A stretch of DNA of 64,000 nucleotides from Pirellulales bacterium (GCA_040901675.1 JBBDYJ010000032.1:96756-160755); one strand, 5' to 3'; counted from the first letter of the stretch, positions 19,601 through 28,830 are shown. Notes: generated by a model not told the origin, from the sequence alone. A program made the numbers and translations.

Positions 19601-20426
19601 CGCCGATTCGTTCGCGCTCTTCAACCTGGGCATGACCTATGCCGACGCCCGCCGCTACGAAGAAGCGATCAGCACCTTGCAGGCCTGCCTGGCGGCGGCC
19701 GATCCGGACGAATCGCACGTCCGCAAGGTCTACGCGCTCTTGGTCAGCAGCCACTACCAGCTCGGGCGATTTGACGCCGCCTGGGAAATCTGCCAGGCCG
19801 GCCGCCGGCTGTTTCCCAAGGATCCGGAGCTTTTGTTCCGCGAGGGGCTGGTCGCCCATCACTTCGGCCGGCTGGACCAGGCCGAGCAGGCGTACCTGGC
19901 GGCGCTGGCCAACGACGACGATGTGCACTTTTCGAGCATGGACCGGGGCATTGTCGGTTACAAGGCGCGGCACAACCTCGCCGCCGTCTACAGCGACATG
20001 GGCGCCGTGGACAAGGCGGAACAGCAATGGCGGCTGGCCTTGGCCGAGGTGCCCGCCTATGCCGACGGCTGGCGGGGCCTGGGCGAAACGCTCTTTCTCC
20101 AAGACAAGCTACCCGAGGCCCGGCAGGTATTGGAGCAAATTGCCGCGCAAGACCCGGCCGACGCCGCGTCGCTGCACAACCTGGGGACCGTCTACCTGCG
20201 GACGCGCCAGTACGAGCGGGCCATCGACGCCTACCGCGCATCGTTGGACGCTCGGCCGGACTCGCCCGACACGCACGTCCACCTGGGGTACGCCCTCAAG
20301 GAGTCGGGCCGCCTGGCCGAGGCGGTCGATGCCTGGATGAAGGCCCTCGAGCTCGATCCGGGCAACGCCGACGCCCGCCGCGAGCTGGGCGGCTGCGGAC
20401 TCATCGAGGCCGTGGCGTTTCGCTGA
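16602..20426 (+). CDS. Multidomain glycosyltransferase: GT2-like + degenerate MTase + GT2 + SunS/GmaR-like GT2 + TPR array
   Basis: ALFDDDTLPG; VDNGSTDGT, LNND and GNFEDDD; SLCMIVRN, DTGS, DDFSAARN and IHEQI; many TPRs; start uncertain (16587-16632). Confidence 0.88.
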   Translation: MPGRQMPDSRMADRATLDITVVLTTYRRPQVLSPQVEAIRAQTVAPKEIWVWANQPTRKQQSHFRRLKLDRVVASSANARVHARFALALTARTQYVALFDDDTLPGPAWFENCLATMECTPGILGAAGVRIFGSGYANRTVHGWHDPSPDTVEVDLVGHAWFLRTEWLRFLFDAPAVTGTNGEDIELSARALRLGGIHTYCPPHPPGDRRLWGSTKGVELGSDAVAASRLPKHLEERDLIVRAEIEAGWQPLWQRANNNAPSTAAAGTALAIAPEATSLADIQPVAQSAAAEVVVTEPTNIWQLVPAGVKRILHVVPQVLGEIGDDAAGGNSHLPTAVQAAEVVRVTVHDIETAPAGFAEGPFHCIVCDDVLTEVVEPQAFLHALHARLSPEGCLVADVPNVRHHRILQGLLAGRWPAGALGPLRPRDKRLYTRREIEKCLYRAGLRVDFLRPATESAHAGAFEPQRINTVRAGRLHVGGLSAAEAAEFYAERFFVRATPVERPEYPLTSIVIVTHNQLDYTHQCLESIRFRTDQPYELILVDNGSTDGTVEYLRECDDVRLIINDTNRGFPAAANQGIQASSGSRILLLNNDVLVTTGWLDRLLAALDGDHSIGLAGPCSNNVSGSQRVDASYGDLASLDGFAWDWGHEHDRRVEEVDRLVGFCLLVRRELVDAIGLLDERFGIGNFEDDDFCLRARQAGFKAVIARDAFVHHFGHATFQGSGIDLNGLLERNERLFREKWSSPPAANGRNGPPLDVQTRQVHPGPPPMPETVPPRFTARLAETGGLRLVQGEPLVSLCMIVRNNEPTIGPCLESIRPWVDEMIVVDTGSLDQTPAICQRLGARVFHFPWCDDFSAARNESLRHAQGKWIFWMDSDDVIDSENGRKLRALILEADGSEKPLPETLLAFTVAVHCPAAGADGFAGATVVDHVKLLRNRPDLRFVNRIHEQIVPAVRRAGGDIQFTDIYVIHAGADRTPEGERRKIERDLRLLKLELADKPADSFALFNLGMTYADARRYEEAISTLQACLAAADPDESHVRKVYALLVSSHYQLGRFDAAWEICQAGRRLFPKDPELLFREGLVAHHFGRLDQAEQAYLAALANDDDVHFSSMDRGIVGYKARHNLAAVYSDMGAVDKAEQQWRLALAEVPAYADGWRGLGETLFLQDKLPEARQVLEQIAAQDPADAASLHNLGTVYLRTRQYERAIDAYRASLDARPDSPDTHVHLGYALKESGRLAEAVDAWMKALELDPGNADARRELGGCGLIEAVAFR

Positions 20427-20525
20427 GCATCCAAGGTGAATTTGAGACCACGAAATACGAGCCATCCGAAACCGATTTGAACCAAACTAAATTTCAGCCA
20501 AACCTTGTTTTGACGGAGAACAATC

Positions 20526-23500
20526 ATGCCGGACAACATCATCATCTGCACTTGCAGTGCGGCTCCCAATGGCGCCGCCCAGACGTATCGAGTAACGCTG
20601 AGCGGCGTCGCGAACCAGAACTGCCCTTTCTGCGAGGATTTCAATGGCAAGCCGCTCGACTTTAGCCACATGTTCATGTGCGGTTGGGAAATCAGCGGCA
20701 TCGGCGTTTGCGGGTTCAATTCGGGAGGGTTGAGCTTCGTCAGGGAGGCCGACGGCAGCCTGTCGGCGCTGGTGTCGCTCGTCGACGGCGTCACTTTCAA
20801 GGGCACGAACCTTCCCAGCGCGCTCACGTTTCCAAATGCGCTTCCGATAGCGAGCGACACTTCCGCCACCTGCGACTTCTCCGGGGCCAGCGCCAAGATC
20901 AGCGTGGTGCTGCCCCCCTTCGGCCAGATCAAAGCGGAGTGCATGCCAAAACTGGTCGCCGAGTGCATGCAGAAGTGCATCGACAACGCGGAGCTTGGCG
21001 AGCCGACGATGTGCTGCTACCCGCAATCGTCGTGCGGTAACTGTGAAGAAAACGGTCCCTGCGAGTGCGGCACGCCCGTCCAGTCAAAGCAAGAAATACT
21101 CTTCAACGGCTGCGAGGAATGCACTGTCGTAACCGGCTGCCCGCAGGGTTCGTCGCCAGCCGGGGGAGGTAATGGCGGAGGCAATGGCGGCACCGGTGGC
21201 GACTGTTCCACCGGCATCTGCCCGGCCGGAAAGGCCGTTTACTCCCGCAACGCGCTCTCCGACGCGCAGGACATGCTCGATCGTTTGCAGGCCCTCGTCA
21301 CCCCCCGGATCCCGGGCGTCGGAACCGGCCCCGGCAAAGTCAACATCAACAATGGAAATCTGACCGTCCAGGTCGGCATCCCGTATGCCGGCCCTTACGG
21401 TCCCGGCCCCTTCCTGACCTACAATGCGGATCTGTCCATCGCCAGCGAGTACGGCCACGGTTGGATCGGCGCCCACAAGCGCAAGGTGACCGAGGTCGAC
21501 ATGATGACGGCCAAGGTCACCGACAGCATCGGCTCGGTGTTCCGCTACACGAACAAGGACGCCAGCGGCAGGTACCTGCCCCCCGGCGGCGTCCGCAACG
21601 CCCTGGTCAAGAACGCGTTCGTGAACACCTGGACCGAGACGCAGCCCAACGGCGTCAAGTTCCACTACAATTCCTCCGGCACGCTCTCGGCCATCCAGCT
21701 CAAGTCGGGCGGGCGCTACACGCTCACCCATGACGGCGGCGGAAAGATCACCCGGGTCCTCGATCCCTTTAACCGCAGGACCACGTACGCCTACGACGGC
21801 AGCAACAAGATCAAGCGGATCCTGGAGCCCAGCGGCCGGATCACGACCCTCTCGGTCGACGCCAACGGCGACCTGGTCAGCCACACCACGCCCGAGCTCT
21901 GCCAGACGCAATTCAAGTACAATGCCCAGCACAAGATGACGGCCCACGTCGACCCGATGGGCGGCCGCACCTCCTACAGCTACGACGGCAACGGGTTCGT
22001 GGGCAGCGTCCGGACGCCCGAGGACCATCGCACCACGTTCACCTGGATCGACTGGATTACCACCAAGGTCACCGACGCCAAGAACCAGGTCACCACGGTC
22101 CTCTACGACATGTCGCGCAACATCAGCGGCGTGATCAACCCATTGGGCGAGCGGACCACGCTCGTCTGGCACACCGACCGGCTGGCCACGCACATCGACG
22201 GCAACGGCAACCGGACCACGCTCTCGTACGCGAACTTCACCAACCGGACGTATGCCCTCAAGTCAATCGTCGAGCCGACCGGCGGCCGGTTCACCTACGT
22301 CTTCGACTCCAGCGACCGCGTCTCGGCCCTGGTTGACGCCAACGGCAACCGCAACACGCTGGTCTGGGACGCCAGCGGCAACCGCGTGGCGATCGTGAAC
22401 CCCTTGAACCAGCGGACCACCTACGTCCACAATAGCCGCGGCCAGATCCACGCCTCGGTCGACGCCCTGGGCAACCGCCACACGACGGTTTACGACAGCG
22501 TGGGGCTGATCGCGGCCCACGTGAACCCGTTAAACCAGCGGACTAGCTACGCCTACGACCATGGCCGCCCCAAGCGCGTCCAGAACCCGCTCGGGCAAAT
22601 CACCACCTACGTCCGCGACTTGATGAACCGCGTCACGGCGAAGGTCAACGCCCTAGGCAACCGGACCACGTACGGCTACGACCTCAACGGGCGTCTCGTG
22701 AAAACCAAGAACGCCCTCTCGTTCATCACCACGCAGGTCTGGGACGTTGGCAACCATCTCGCCGCCACGGTCAACGCCATCGGCGCCCGGACCACGTACG
22801 CGCATGACGCGCTGGCCGACACCATTCGCGTGCAAAACCCCTTAGGCAGAATCACTACCAGCGTCTACGACAAAGCCCGCCGCCGCGTCGCGGTGGTCAA
22901 TCCTCTCGGCCAGCGAACCACCACCGGGTACGACAAGGCGGGATTGCCGGTCCGGGTGCAGAATGCTCTCGGCAACATCACAACCTTCCTGTTTGATGCT
23001 GCTCGGCGGCCGCAGGCTATCATCAATCCATTGGGTCAGCGCACTACCATGGCCCATGACAAGGCTGGTCGCCAGATCCGGCTGCAAAACGCGCTCGGCG
23101 AGATTACGACCACGGCTTGGGACAAGGCAAACCGCCGCGTCGCCACTGTGGACGGCCTCGGCAATCGGACAACCTTTGGCCATGACGCCGCCGGCCGGAA
23201 CGTCCGAGTCCAGAATGCGCTGGCGCGAATAACGACAACGGCCTTCGACAAGGCGAGTCGGAGGGCGTCCACGGTAGATCCGGTTGGCAATCGAACCACG
23301 TACGCCCATGATTCTGCTGGGCGTCAGGTTCGCGTGCAGAACGCCTTGGGCAAGATCACCACGACGGTGCTGGATGCGGCAGGACAGCGGCGCGCGATGG
23401 TCGATCCGCTTGGGAATCGGACCACCTACACCGCGGACAAAGTCGGGCAGACCGTCCGGGTCACGAATCCGCTGGGCAAGTCCGGCACGATGGTTTATGA

Positions 23501-25463
23501 TGGCGCAGGGCAGACAGTGGCCTTGGTCAACGCCCTGGCCCAGCGGACGACGTTGGGCTATAACCTGGTCAACGAGCGCGTAAGCATGCGCGATGCCAAC
23601 AACAACGTGACCACCAGCGTATTCGACGCCGCGGGCCGCGGCGTGGCGACCGTGAACGCTCTTGGCCGTCGGGTCACGCAGGTCTTCGATGCCGCTTCGC
23701 AGCGCGTGGCGGTCGTCGATGCTCGCGCGAACCGCACATCGTTCTCGTTCGACCAGGCCAGCCGCATGGTTCTGGAGCTCGATGCACTTGGCAACCGGAC
23801 CACGTTGGTGAGCGACGCCATCGGCCGGCCTCTCGCTCGCCTGGACGCCCGCGGCAACCGCGTCACCTATGTCCACGACGCGGCTGGCCGGCAAGTGGGG
23901 CGGCGATACTCGGACGGCACGCGGGTCACCATGGCCTACGATCCCGTTTCGAACCGTACCCTGTTGCACGACTCCACCGGGCGATACACCTCGACCTACG
24001 ACGAGCGCAGTCTCTTGCGGAGCGCGCGGAGCCCGGCGAGCAAGATCATCACGTACACCCATGATCCCGTGGGCAGGCGCGCCTCGATGATCGAGCCCGA
24101 TGGCGGGCGGTTCACGTACTCGCACGATGATGCCGGGCGCATGTCGGCCATGCGAAACCCGTTCAGTGAGCGAACCACGTGGACCTACGACGGCGCTTCC
24201 CGGAAAACGGTCGAGCGTCTGGCCAACGGAACGCGGGCCAGCCTGAGCTATGACGACGCTGACCGGCCGCTCTCGGTCTACAACCTCAAGAGCGACGGAA
24301 GCGCCCTTTCCAGCTTCGATTACCTGCTCGATGGCGTCGGCAACCGGTTGCGGGTCGTTGAGTCCAACGGCGACCGGGTGACCTGGAGCTACGATGCGAC
24401 CTACCAGTTGCGCAACGAACGCCGGTCTGGGACAAACGCCTACAACGTGACGCACACGTACGACCCTGCGGGCAATCGGACCGTAAAGATTGACGGCGGA
24501 GCGCGGACGACGTGGAGCCATGATGCCGCGAATCAAGTCGTCACCGGCGCTGCTGGTGCCGGCACGACGACATTCACGTTTGACAACAGCGGCAACCAGG
24601 CTCTCGAAGTCGCCCCGGTGAACCAGCGGACCACGTATTCGTGGAACATCGACAACCGGCTCACGCGGGTGTGGCTGCCTTCGGGCGTCCGCAACACGAT
24701 GGTGCACAGCGCCGACGGCAAGCGCGTCCAAAAGGAAGATTCCGCGGGGACGAGCAAGTTCGTCTGGGACGTGCAGAACATTTTGGTGGAGACGGATGCC
24801 GGCGATCTCACCCAGGCGCTGTACAGCCTGAATCCACAGCTCTTTGGCGAGCTCGTGAGCCAGCGGCGCGGAAGCACGTCCAGCTTCTTGCACTTCGACG
24901 CGCTAGGCTCAACGGGTGCTCTGACCACCGCCTTGCAGGCGATCAGCGACACCTATCTGCACAAAGCGTTCGGCGAAGTCCTGACGACTAGCGGCTCGAC
25001 CGTGAATCCCCATCGCTTCGTCGGACGGCAAGGGTACTTCTTTGATCCCGACCTGACCGGCTACCACGTCCGTGCGCGGAGTTACGACGCCTCTCTTGCG
25101 CGCTGGCTCTCGAAGGATCCGTCCGCTCTCGCCAGGCTCGTGCCCTTTATCCCGCCAGTGGCACTATCCCAAAACGCGCCGGTCGACTTTAATGCCTTTC
25201 GCTATGTTGAGAACAACCCTGTCAATCGACTTGACCCTAACGGTCTTGGTGCATGGGAGTGCATGGTGAAAGCACTGGAGGAATTTGGAATTCCATTGGC
25301 GGTTGTTTATGGAATTGTGGGGTGCATCCTTGCGGGGGCAGGCACGGCCTGGGCTGCCGGAAGTGGCGGGCTTATTATCCTTGCCTGTCTTGGGGGTGCT
25401 GCCCTCGGGCTGGGTGTCCTCGTGATCTGCCCGCTTCTCACCTGTTGGGCGTTCGGCCTCTGA
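20526..25463 (+). CDS. RHS/YD-repeat protein with Cys-rich N-terminus and short hydrophobic C-terminal tip
   Basis: GGAGA RBS; dozens of YD-type repeats; RHS core ARSYDASLARWLSKDP...FRYVENNPVNRLDPNGL; tip 25248-25463. Confidence 0.93.
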   Translation: MPDNIIICTCSAAPNGAAQTYRVTLSGVANQNCPFCEDFNGKPLDFSHMFMCGWEISGIGVCGFNSGGLSFVREADGSLSALVSLVDGVTFKGTNLPSALTFPNALPIASDTSATCDFSGASAKISVVLPPFGQIKAECMPKLVAECMQKCIDNAELGEPTMCCYPQSSCGNCEENGPCECGTPVQSKQEILFNGCEECTVVTGCPQGSSPAGGGNGGGNGGTGGDCSTGICPAGKAVYSRNALSDAQDMLDRLQALVTPRIPGVGTGPGKVNINNGNLTVQVGIPYAGPYGPGPFLTYNADLSIASEYGHGWIGAHKRKVTEVDMMTAKVTDSIGSVFRYTNKDASGRYLPPGGVRNALVKNAFVNTWTETQPNGVKFHYNSSGTLSAIQLKSGGRYTLTHDGGGKITRVLDPFNRRTTYAYDGSNKIKRILEPSGRITTLSVDANGDLVSHTTPELCQTQFKYNAQHKMTAHVDPMGGRTSYSYDGNGFVGSVRTPEDHRTTFTWIDWITTKVTDAKNQVTTVLYDMSRNISGVINPLGERTTLVWHTDRLATHIDGNGNRTTLSYANFTNRTYALKSIVEPTGGRFTYVFDSSDRVSALVDANGNRNTLVWDASGNRVAIVNPLNQRTTYVHNSRGQIHASVDALGNRHTTVYDSVGLIAAHVNPLNQRTSYAYDHGRPKRVQNPLGQITTYVRDLMNRVTAKVNALGNRTTYGYDLNGRLVKTKNALSFITTQVWDVGNHLAATVNAIGARTTYAHDALADTIRVQNPLGRITTSVYDKARRRVAVVNPLGQRTTTGYDKAGLPVRVQNALGNITTFLFDAARRPQAIINPLGQRTTMAHDKAGRQIRLQNALGEITTTAWDKANRRVATVDGLGNRTTFGHDAAGRNVRVQNALARITTTAFDKASRRASTVDPVGNRTTYAHDSAGRQVRVQNALGKITTTVLDAAGQRRAMVDPLGNRTTYTADKVGQTVRVTNPLGKSGTMVYDGAGQTVALVNALAQRTTLGYNLVNERVSMRDANNNVTTSVFDAAGRGVATVNALGRRVTQVFDAASQRVAVVDARANRTSFSFDQASRMVLELDALGNRTTLVSDAIGRPLARLDARGNRVTYVHDAAGRQVGRRYSDGTRVTMAYDPVSNRTLLHDSTGRYTSTYDERSLLRSARSPASKIITYTHDPVGRRASMIEPDGGRFTYSHDDAGRMSAMRNPFSERTTWTYDGASRKTVERLANGTRASLSYDDADRPLSVYNLKSDGSALSSFDYLLDGVGNRLRVVESNGDRVTWSYDATYQLRNERRSGTNAYNVTHTYDPAGNRTVKIDGGARTTWSHDAANQVVTGAAGAGTTTFTFDNSGNQALEVAPVNQRTTYSWNIDNRLTRVWLPSGVRNTMVHSADGKRVQKEDSAGTSKFVWDVQNILVETDAGDLTQALYSLNPQLFGELVSQRRGSTSSFLHFDALGSTGALTTALQAISDTYLHKAFGEVLTTSGSTVNPHRFVGRQGYFFDPDLTGYHVRARSYDASLARWLSKDPSALARLVPFIPPVALSQNAPVDFNAFRYVENNPVNRLDPNGLGAWECMVKALEEFGIPLAVVYGIVGCILAGAGTAWAAGSGGLIILACLGGAALGLGVLVICPLLTCWAFGL

Positions 25464-25527
25464 GCTCCCAGGAAGCGGCGGTTTGAATCAAAGAAATCGA
25501 GCCAAGCAACAGATGGAGTTAGGAACA

Positions 25528-26100
25528 ATGTCTCCTCCAGATGGGAATCACGAACGCAACCTCCAAGACCTGGCACTGTGCGTGGAGGCTTACTACCAGC
25601 ACGGGCTTCGAAGCTTTGCCCTTCCGTGCCTCCTTCCATGTGCTCTAATCTTCTTCGCGATTCCTTTTTTAGTCTTCTTTTACGGTTCCGGGATGATGTG
25701 GCTTGCGCTCGTGCCCGCGGTGATCCCGCCCGTGGTTGTCTACCGGCGTCGTCGTGACATCAGGGAGATCCGCGGGTACCTCAAGATACTTCGGAGTGCC
25801 GATCCTGCATTAGCGTATGGTGCGATGTCCATTCCGAGGCTTATGATCGCGTGTTCGTTGCACGCATTTGCCCTGATGGCGGCTGCTGCAGCGATTGCCT
25901 CTCTTTTGGGGACGGCCGAGGAGCCCTCGCTCGGCATTACCGCCGCACTATGCGCGATCCAGGCTCTGCTTATCGAAATCAGTCTATGGGAGTTTCGCCG
26001 GCGCCAAATCCGGTTAGCGCTGTGCACATTCTTTGTCGGGGCACCTGTCTGTACAGGATTGCTGTACTTATACATCTTCGTATTGGTGCCCCGCCTTTGA
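25528..26100 (+). CDS. Membrane protein, candidate immunity protein for the RHS tip
   Basis: About 5 TM segments; directly downstream of the RHS tip; AT-richer like the tip; start may be 25513. Confidence 0.6.
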   Translation: MSPPDGNHERNLQDLALCVEAYYQHGLRSFALPCLLPCALIFFAIPFLVFFYGSGMMWLALVPAVIPPVVVYRRRRDIREIRGYLKILRSADPALAYGAMSIPRLMIACSLHAFALMAAAAAIASLLGTAEEPSLGITAALCAIQALLIEISLWEFRRRQIRLALCTFFVGAPVCTGLLYLYIFVLVPRL

Positions 26101-26130
26101 GCAGACCGAGAGCGAAGAAAGAGAACCTAG

Positions 26131-26254
26131 CGAAAGCGCCGGTGAAAACCGGCAGGGAGTCGGGGATGCAAGAGCCCCACACTGAAGGACCAGCAAACCA
26201 TGCTGGGCGCGAGTCATGCGCCGCGACGGCAACGTGGCGGGTAAGCGTTGACGG
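26131..26254 (+). mobile_element. Probable 5' (domain I) remnant of a group II intron, copy 1
   Basis: GCGCCGGTGAAAACCGGCAGGGAG...GAAGG...GAGTCATGCG...GGCAAC...AAGCGTTGAC resembles group II intron 5' regions as recalled; no RT ORF nearby. Confidence 0.5.
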
Positions 26255-26386
26255 CGATTTAAGGGGCGCAGCTCATTGGGCCGTCGAGCCGCCCAGCGGC
26301 GGCACGCCCTCGCTTCGGCTGGCCGAGACCGGCGCTGACTTCCGGGAAGCCAGTGTTCACTGGCGCTCGCCGCCGGAGTGCTTTGC

Positions 26387-27197
26387 ATGCCGGTTCTCCG
26401 CGCCTTCATCACGTTCGGCACGCGGCCGGAAGCCATCAAGATGGCGCCGATCATGGACGAGTGCCGCCGCCGGGCCGGCCAAATCGAAGCCATCGTCTGC
26501 CTCAGCGGCCAGCACCATCAGCTCCTGTCGCAAGTCACGGACTACTTTAATATCCGGGCCGACGTCGACCTGGCCCTGATGCGCCCCGGCCAGTCGCCGG
26601 CCGAACTCACCGCACGCTGCCTCGCCCAGCTCGATCGCGAGCTGGCGCGCATCCGCCCCGATTGCTTGGTCGTTGATGGCGGCCGCCCTGGCCGCATTCT
26701 TGCGCCACGTCCCGCTGGTGCATGTCGAAGCGGGCCTGCGAACGGGCAACCTGCTGGCTCCTTGGCCTGAGGAAATGAACCGCCGGGTGGCCAGCCTGGC
26801 CGCCACGCTCCACTGCGCGCCCACCGAGCGCGCGGCCGCCAACCTGCGCGCCGAGGGCATCGCCCCGCCCAGCATCCACGTGACAGGCAACACCGTGATC
26901 GACGCGCTGCTTCAAACCGAGAGCGCGAGCGGGCCAACGCCGCCCACTGGCAACGCCAATACCCGATGCTCGCGGCCGGCGCCTGGTCCTCATCACCGGC
27001 CACCGCCGCGAAAATCTTGGCAGCAGCGGCGGCCTCCAGCGGGTCTGCCAGGCCGTCGCCGCCCTGGCGCAACATTTCACCGACGTCGAGTTCCTCTATC
27101 CGGTCCACTTGAATCCCCAAGTCCAATCCGCGGTCCGTCCGCTCTTGGCCCGCCTGCCCAACGTCTGGCTGGTCGAGCCAGCCAGCTATGGCTCATC
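26387..27197 (+). pseudogene. wecB: UDP-GlcNAc 2-epimerase pseudogene (frameshifted, 3'-truncated)
   Basis: FGTRPEAIKMAP and HVEAGLRT lie in different frames; about 20 nt covering QGDT are deleted near 26673; further indels near 26920-26980; close paralog of 28831. Confidence 0.9.
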
Positions 27198-27344
27198 GCA
27201 ATAAATCTGCAACATTGGTCTCGACACGGGACAAGTATAAAACAAGCGAGGATTGATGAGGCCAAGTGCTGTATGGCATACAATGCGTGTGTTGCGGCAA
27301 ACCAGAATGACCCTATGTGCAAGGGAGACGCATGTATCTTGTAG
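27198..27344 (+). pseudogene. 5'-truncated Cys-rich ORF end, candidate orphan RHS toxin tip
   Basis: IKQARIDEAKCCMAYNACVAANQNDPMCKGDACIL*; AT-richer; its stop overlaps the start of the next gene. Confidence 0.45.
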
Positions 27345-28543
27345 TGCTGTCTGGCTTTCGACGTGCTCGGACGTGCCGCCGGTTGTCAAGCTGCTTATGG
27401 CGAACGATCCAATTCAGATGGACATTCAGTCTGACAGGACTCTTCCTATTGGTAGCAACCGTGAGTATAGGGATTGCTGTTGCGGTGCACGTCTTCCGCT
27501 CCGTATACGATGCTTTCGATATACAGTTGGTCCCGGCTTGGGCTATAGCCCAGGATGGCTCCCGCTTCGCGCTTGCCTCATATGACTGGAAGCTCTGGGA
27601 GAGTCAGCCGCGGGAAGGAGCACTGTTGCTTTACGATACGGAGACCGGTCCGTCATGCACATTTCGGTGGCCGCTGTCGAGTCGTCCTTCGTGTCTCGCT
27701 TTCGACCGATCCGGGCATATTCTTGCGGCGGGTTGCTCAGACGGGAAGATTGCCGTTCTCAATGCGCTTACCTGTCAAAGGCAGGCTGAAGTGAAGGTTA
27801 ATGGTCACGTTACGGCGGTCGCGGTCTCACCGGGCAAAGATGTTTTGGCCGCTGCTATTCGAGGCACGAGCGCCACAACCCTTTTTAATGCCGCCGATGG
27901 CAGCTTGATTGCAGAACTGCCTGGAAAGTCCGACTTCACATGCTTGGTATTTTGCCAACAGGGGACAGTCGTCGCTGGTGGGTCCAGCACGGGTACCGTG
28001 CATATCTGGCACGTCCAACGTCAAGCGGCGGTCACAGCTATACAGGCGGGCTCCACGCCAATAACCGCGTTGGCTCTTTCCCCCGATGGTCGGGAAATCG
28101 CAGTCGGTAGTGACGATGGAAGCTTAGGGATTTGGATCGTTGAAACCGGTGCTCGACGCCGCATATTTCCCGGGCAGACCACAAAAATTGGCGGGGTCGC
28201 ATTCTCGCACGACGGCACTCGCCTTGCCGTGGCGACAGGAGATACGACGCGGCTCTGGGACCTAGTGGAGGATACCCATTCGCCAGTATTTGCACATGGG
28301 ACTGTCTGGGCGATCGCGTTGGCTGCTCGGGGGGCTGGGCTGATACGCGTCACCCCTGAGAGCATTGAGCACTGGGATACGGATGGAAGACGGATTCGAT
28401 CATTACCTCTTGCGCGGTCGCGGGACGTGCCACAGCCGTGGGGCATCATCGCCGGCGTTTTCGTCCTATGGGCGGTTGCCCTGGCTGCCGCATGGAGGAA
28501 CATAGTGCGGCGGAGGCGGGCCGCCATGAACCCAACGGGATGA
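27332..28543 (+). CDS. WD40-repeat protein with N- and C-terminal TM segments
   Basis: GGGAG RBS; FSLTGLFLLVAT leader; LALSPDGREIAVGSDDGSLGIW and VAFSHDGTRLAVATGDTTRLWD repeats; TM followed by RRRR at the C-terminus. Confidence 0.85.
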   Translation: MYLVVLSGFRRARTCRRLSSCLWRTIQFRWTFSLTGLFLLVATVSIGIAVAVHVFRSVYDAFDIQLVPAWAIAQDGSRFALASYDWKLWESQPREGALLLYDTETGPSCTFRWPLSSRPSCLAFDRSGHILAAGCSDGKIAVLNALTCQRQAEVKVNGHVTAVAVSPGKDVLAAAIRGTSATTLFNAADGSLIAELPGKSDFTCLVFCQQGTVVAGGSSTGTVHIWHVQRQAAVTAIQAGSTPITALALSPDGREIAVGSDDGSLGIWIVETGARRRIFPGQTTKIGGVAFSHDGTRLAVATGDTTRLWDLVEDTHSPVFAHGTVWAIALAARGAGLIRVTPESIEHWDTDGRRIRSLPLARSRDVPQPWGIIAGVFVLWAVALAAAWRNIVRRRRAAMNPTG

Positions 28544-28830
28544 CGGAACGGTTCATCCCTTGCGTTTTCATCACCGAGTCGGGAGGACAATCATGCCTGA
28601 CTATGGCTTGTCGGCCGTTACTTCCTCAAGCCTGGAAAGCGGACGCAACTCATTGTTTTCGGTCGTGGCCGATCACCAGGCGCCCCATCCTCGGTAAGAG
28701 AGCTTCGTTCAGGAGCGCCGAGCCGCGCAGCGGCGGCAAGCTCCTTTAGTCGGTCAAGGGTGCCGCTGACTCGCTGACTGACTTCCGAGAAGGCAGCGTT
28801 TACCGCCCCCTCGAGCCCAGGTGCTTTTGC

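Noticed and set aside
16650..20102. 1150-aa minus-strand ORF and similar long antisense ORFs (11629-13266, 14020-15663, 22842-24893, 32822-36436, 44125-46770)
   Set aside because: Shadow frames of motif-supported genes in high-GC DNA; no recognisable motifs
20526..25463. T6SS- or Tc-type assignment for the RHS protein
   Set aside because: No PAAR, VgrG, EagR or TcA/TcB-like genes or motifs in the window; they could exist elsewhere in the genome
26660..26690. Programmed frameshift in the first wecB copy
   Set aside because: The deletion removes the conserved QGDT motif and more indels plus truncation follow, so this is decay
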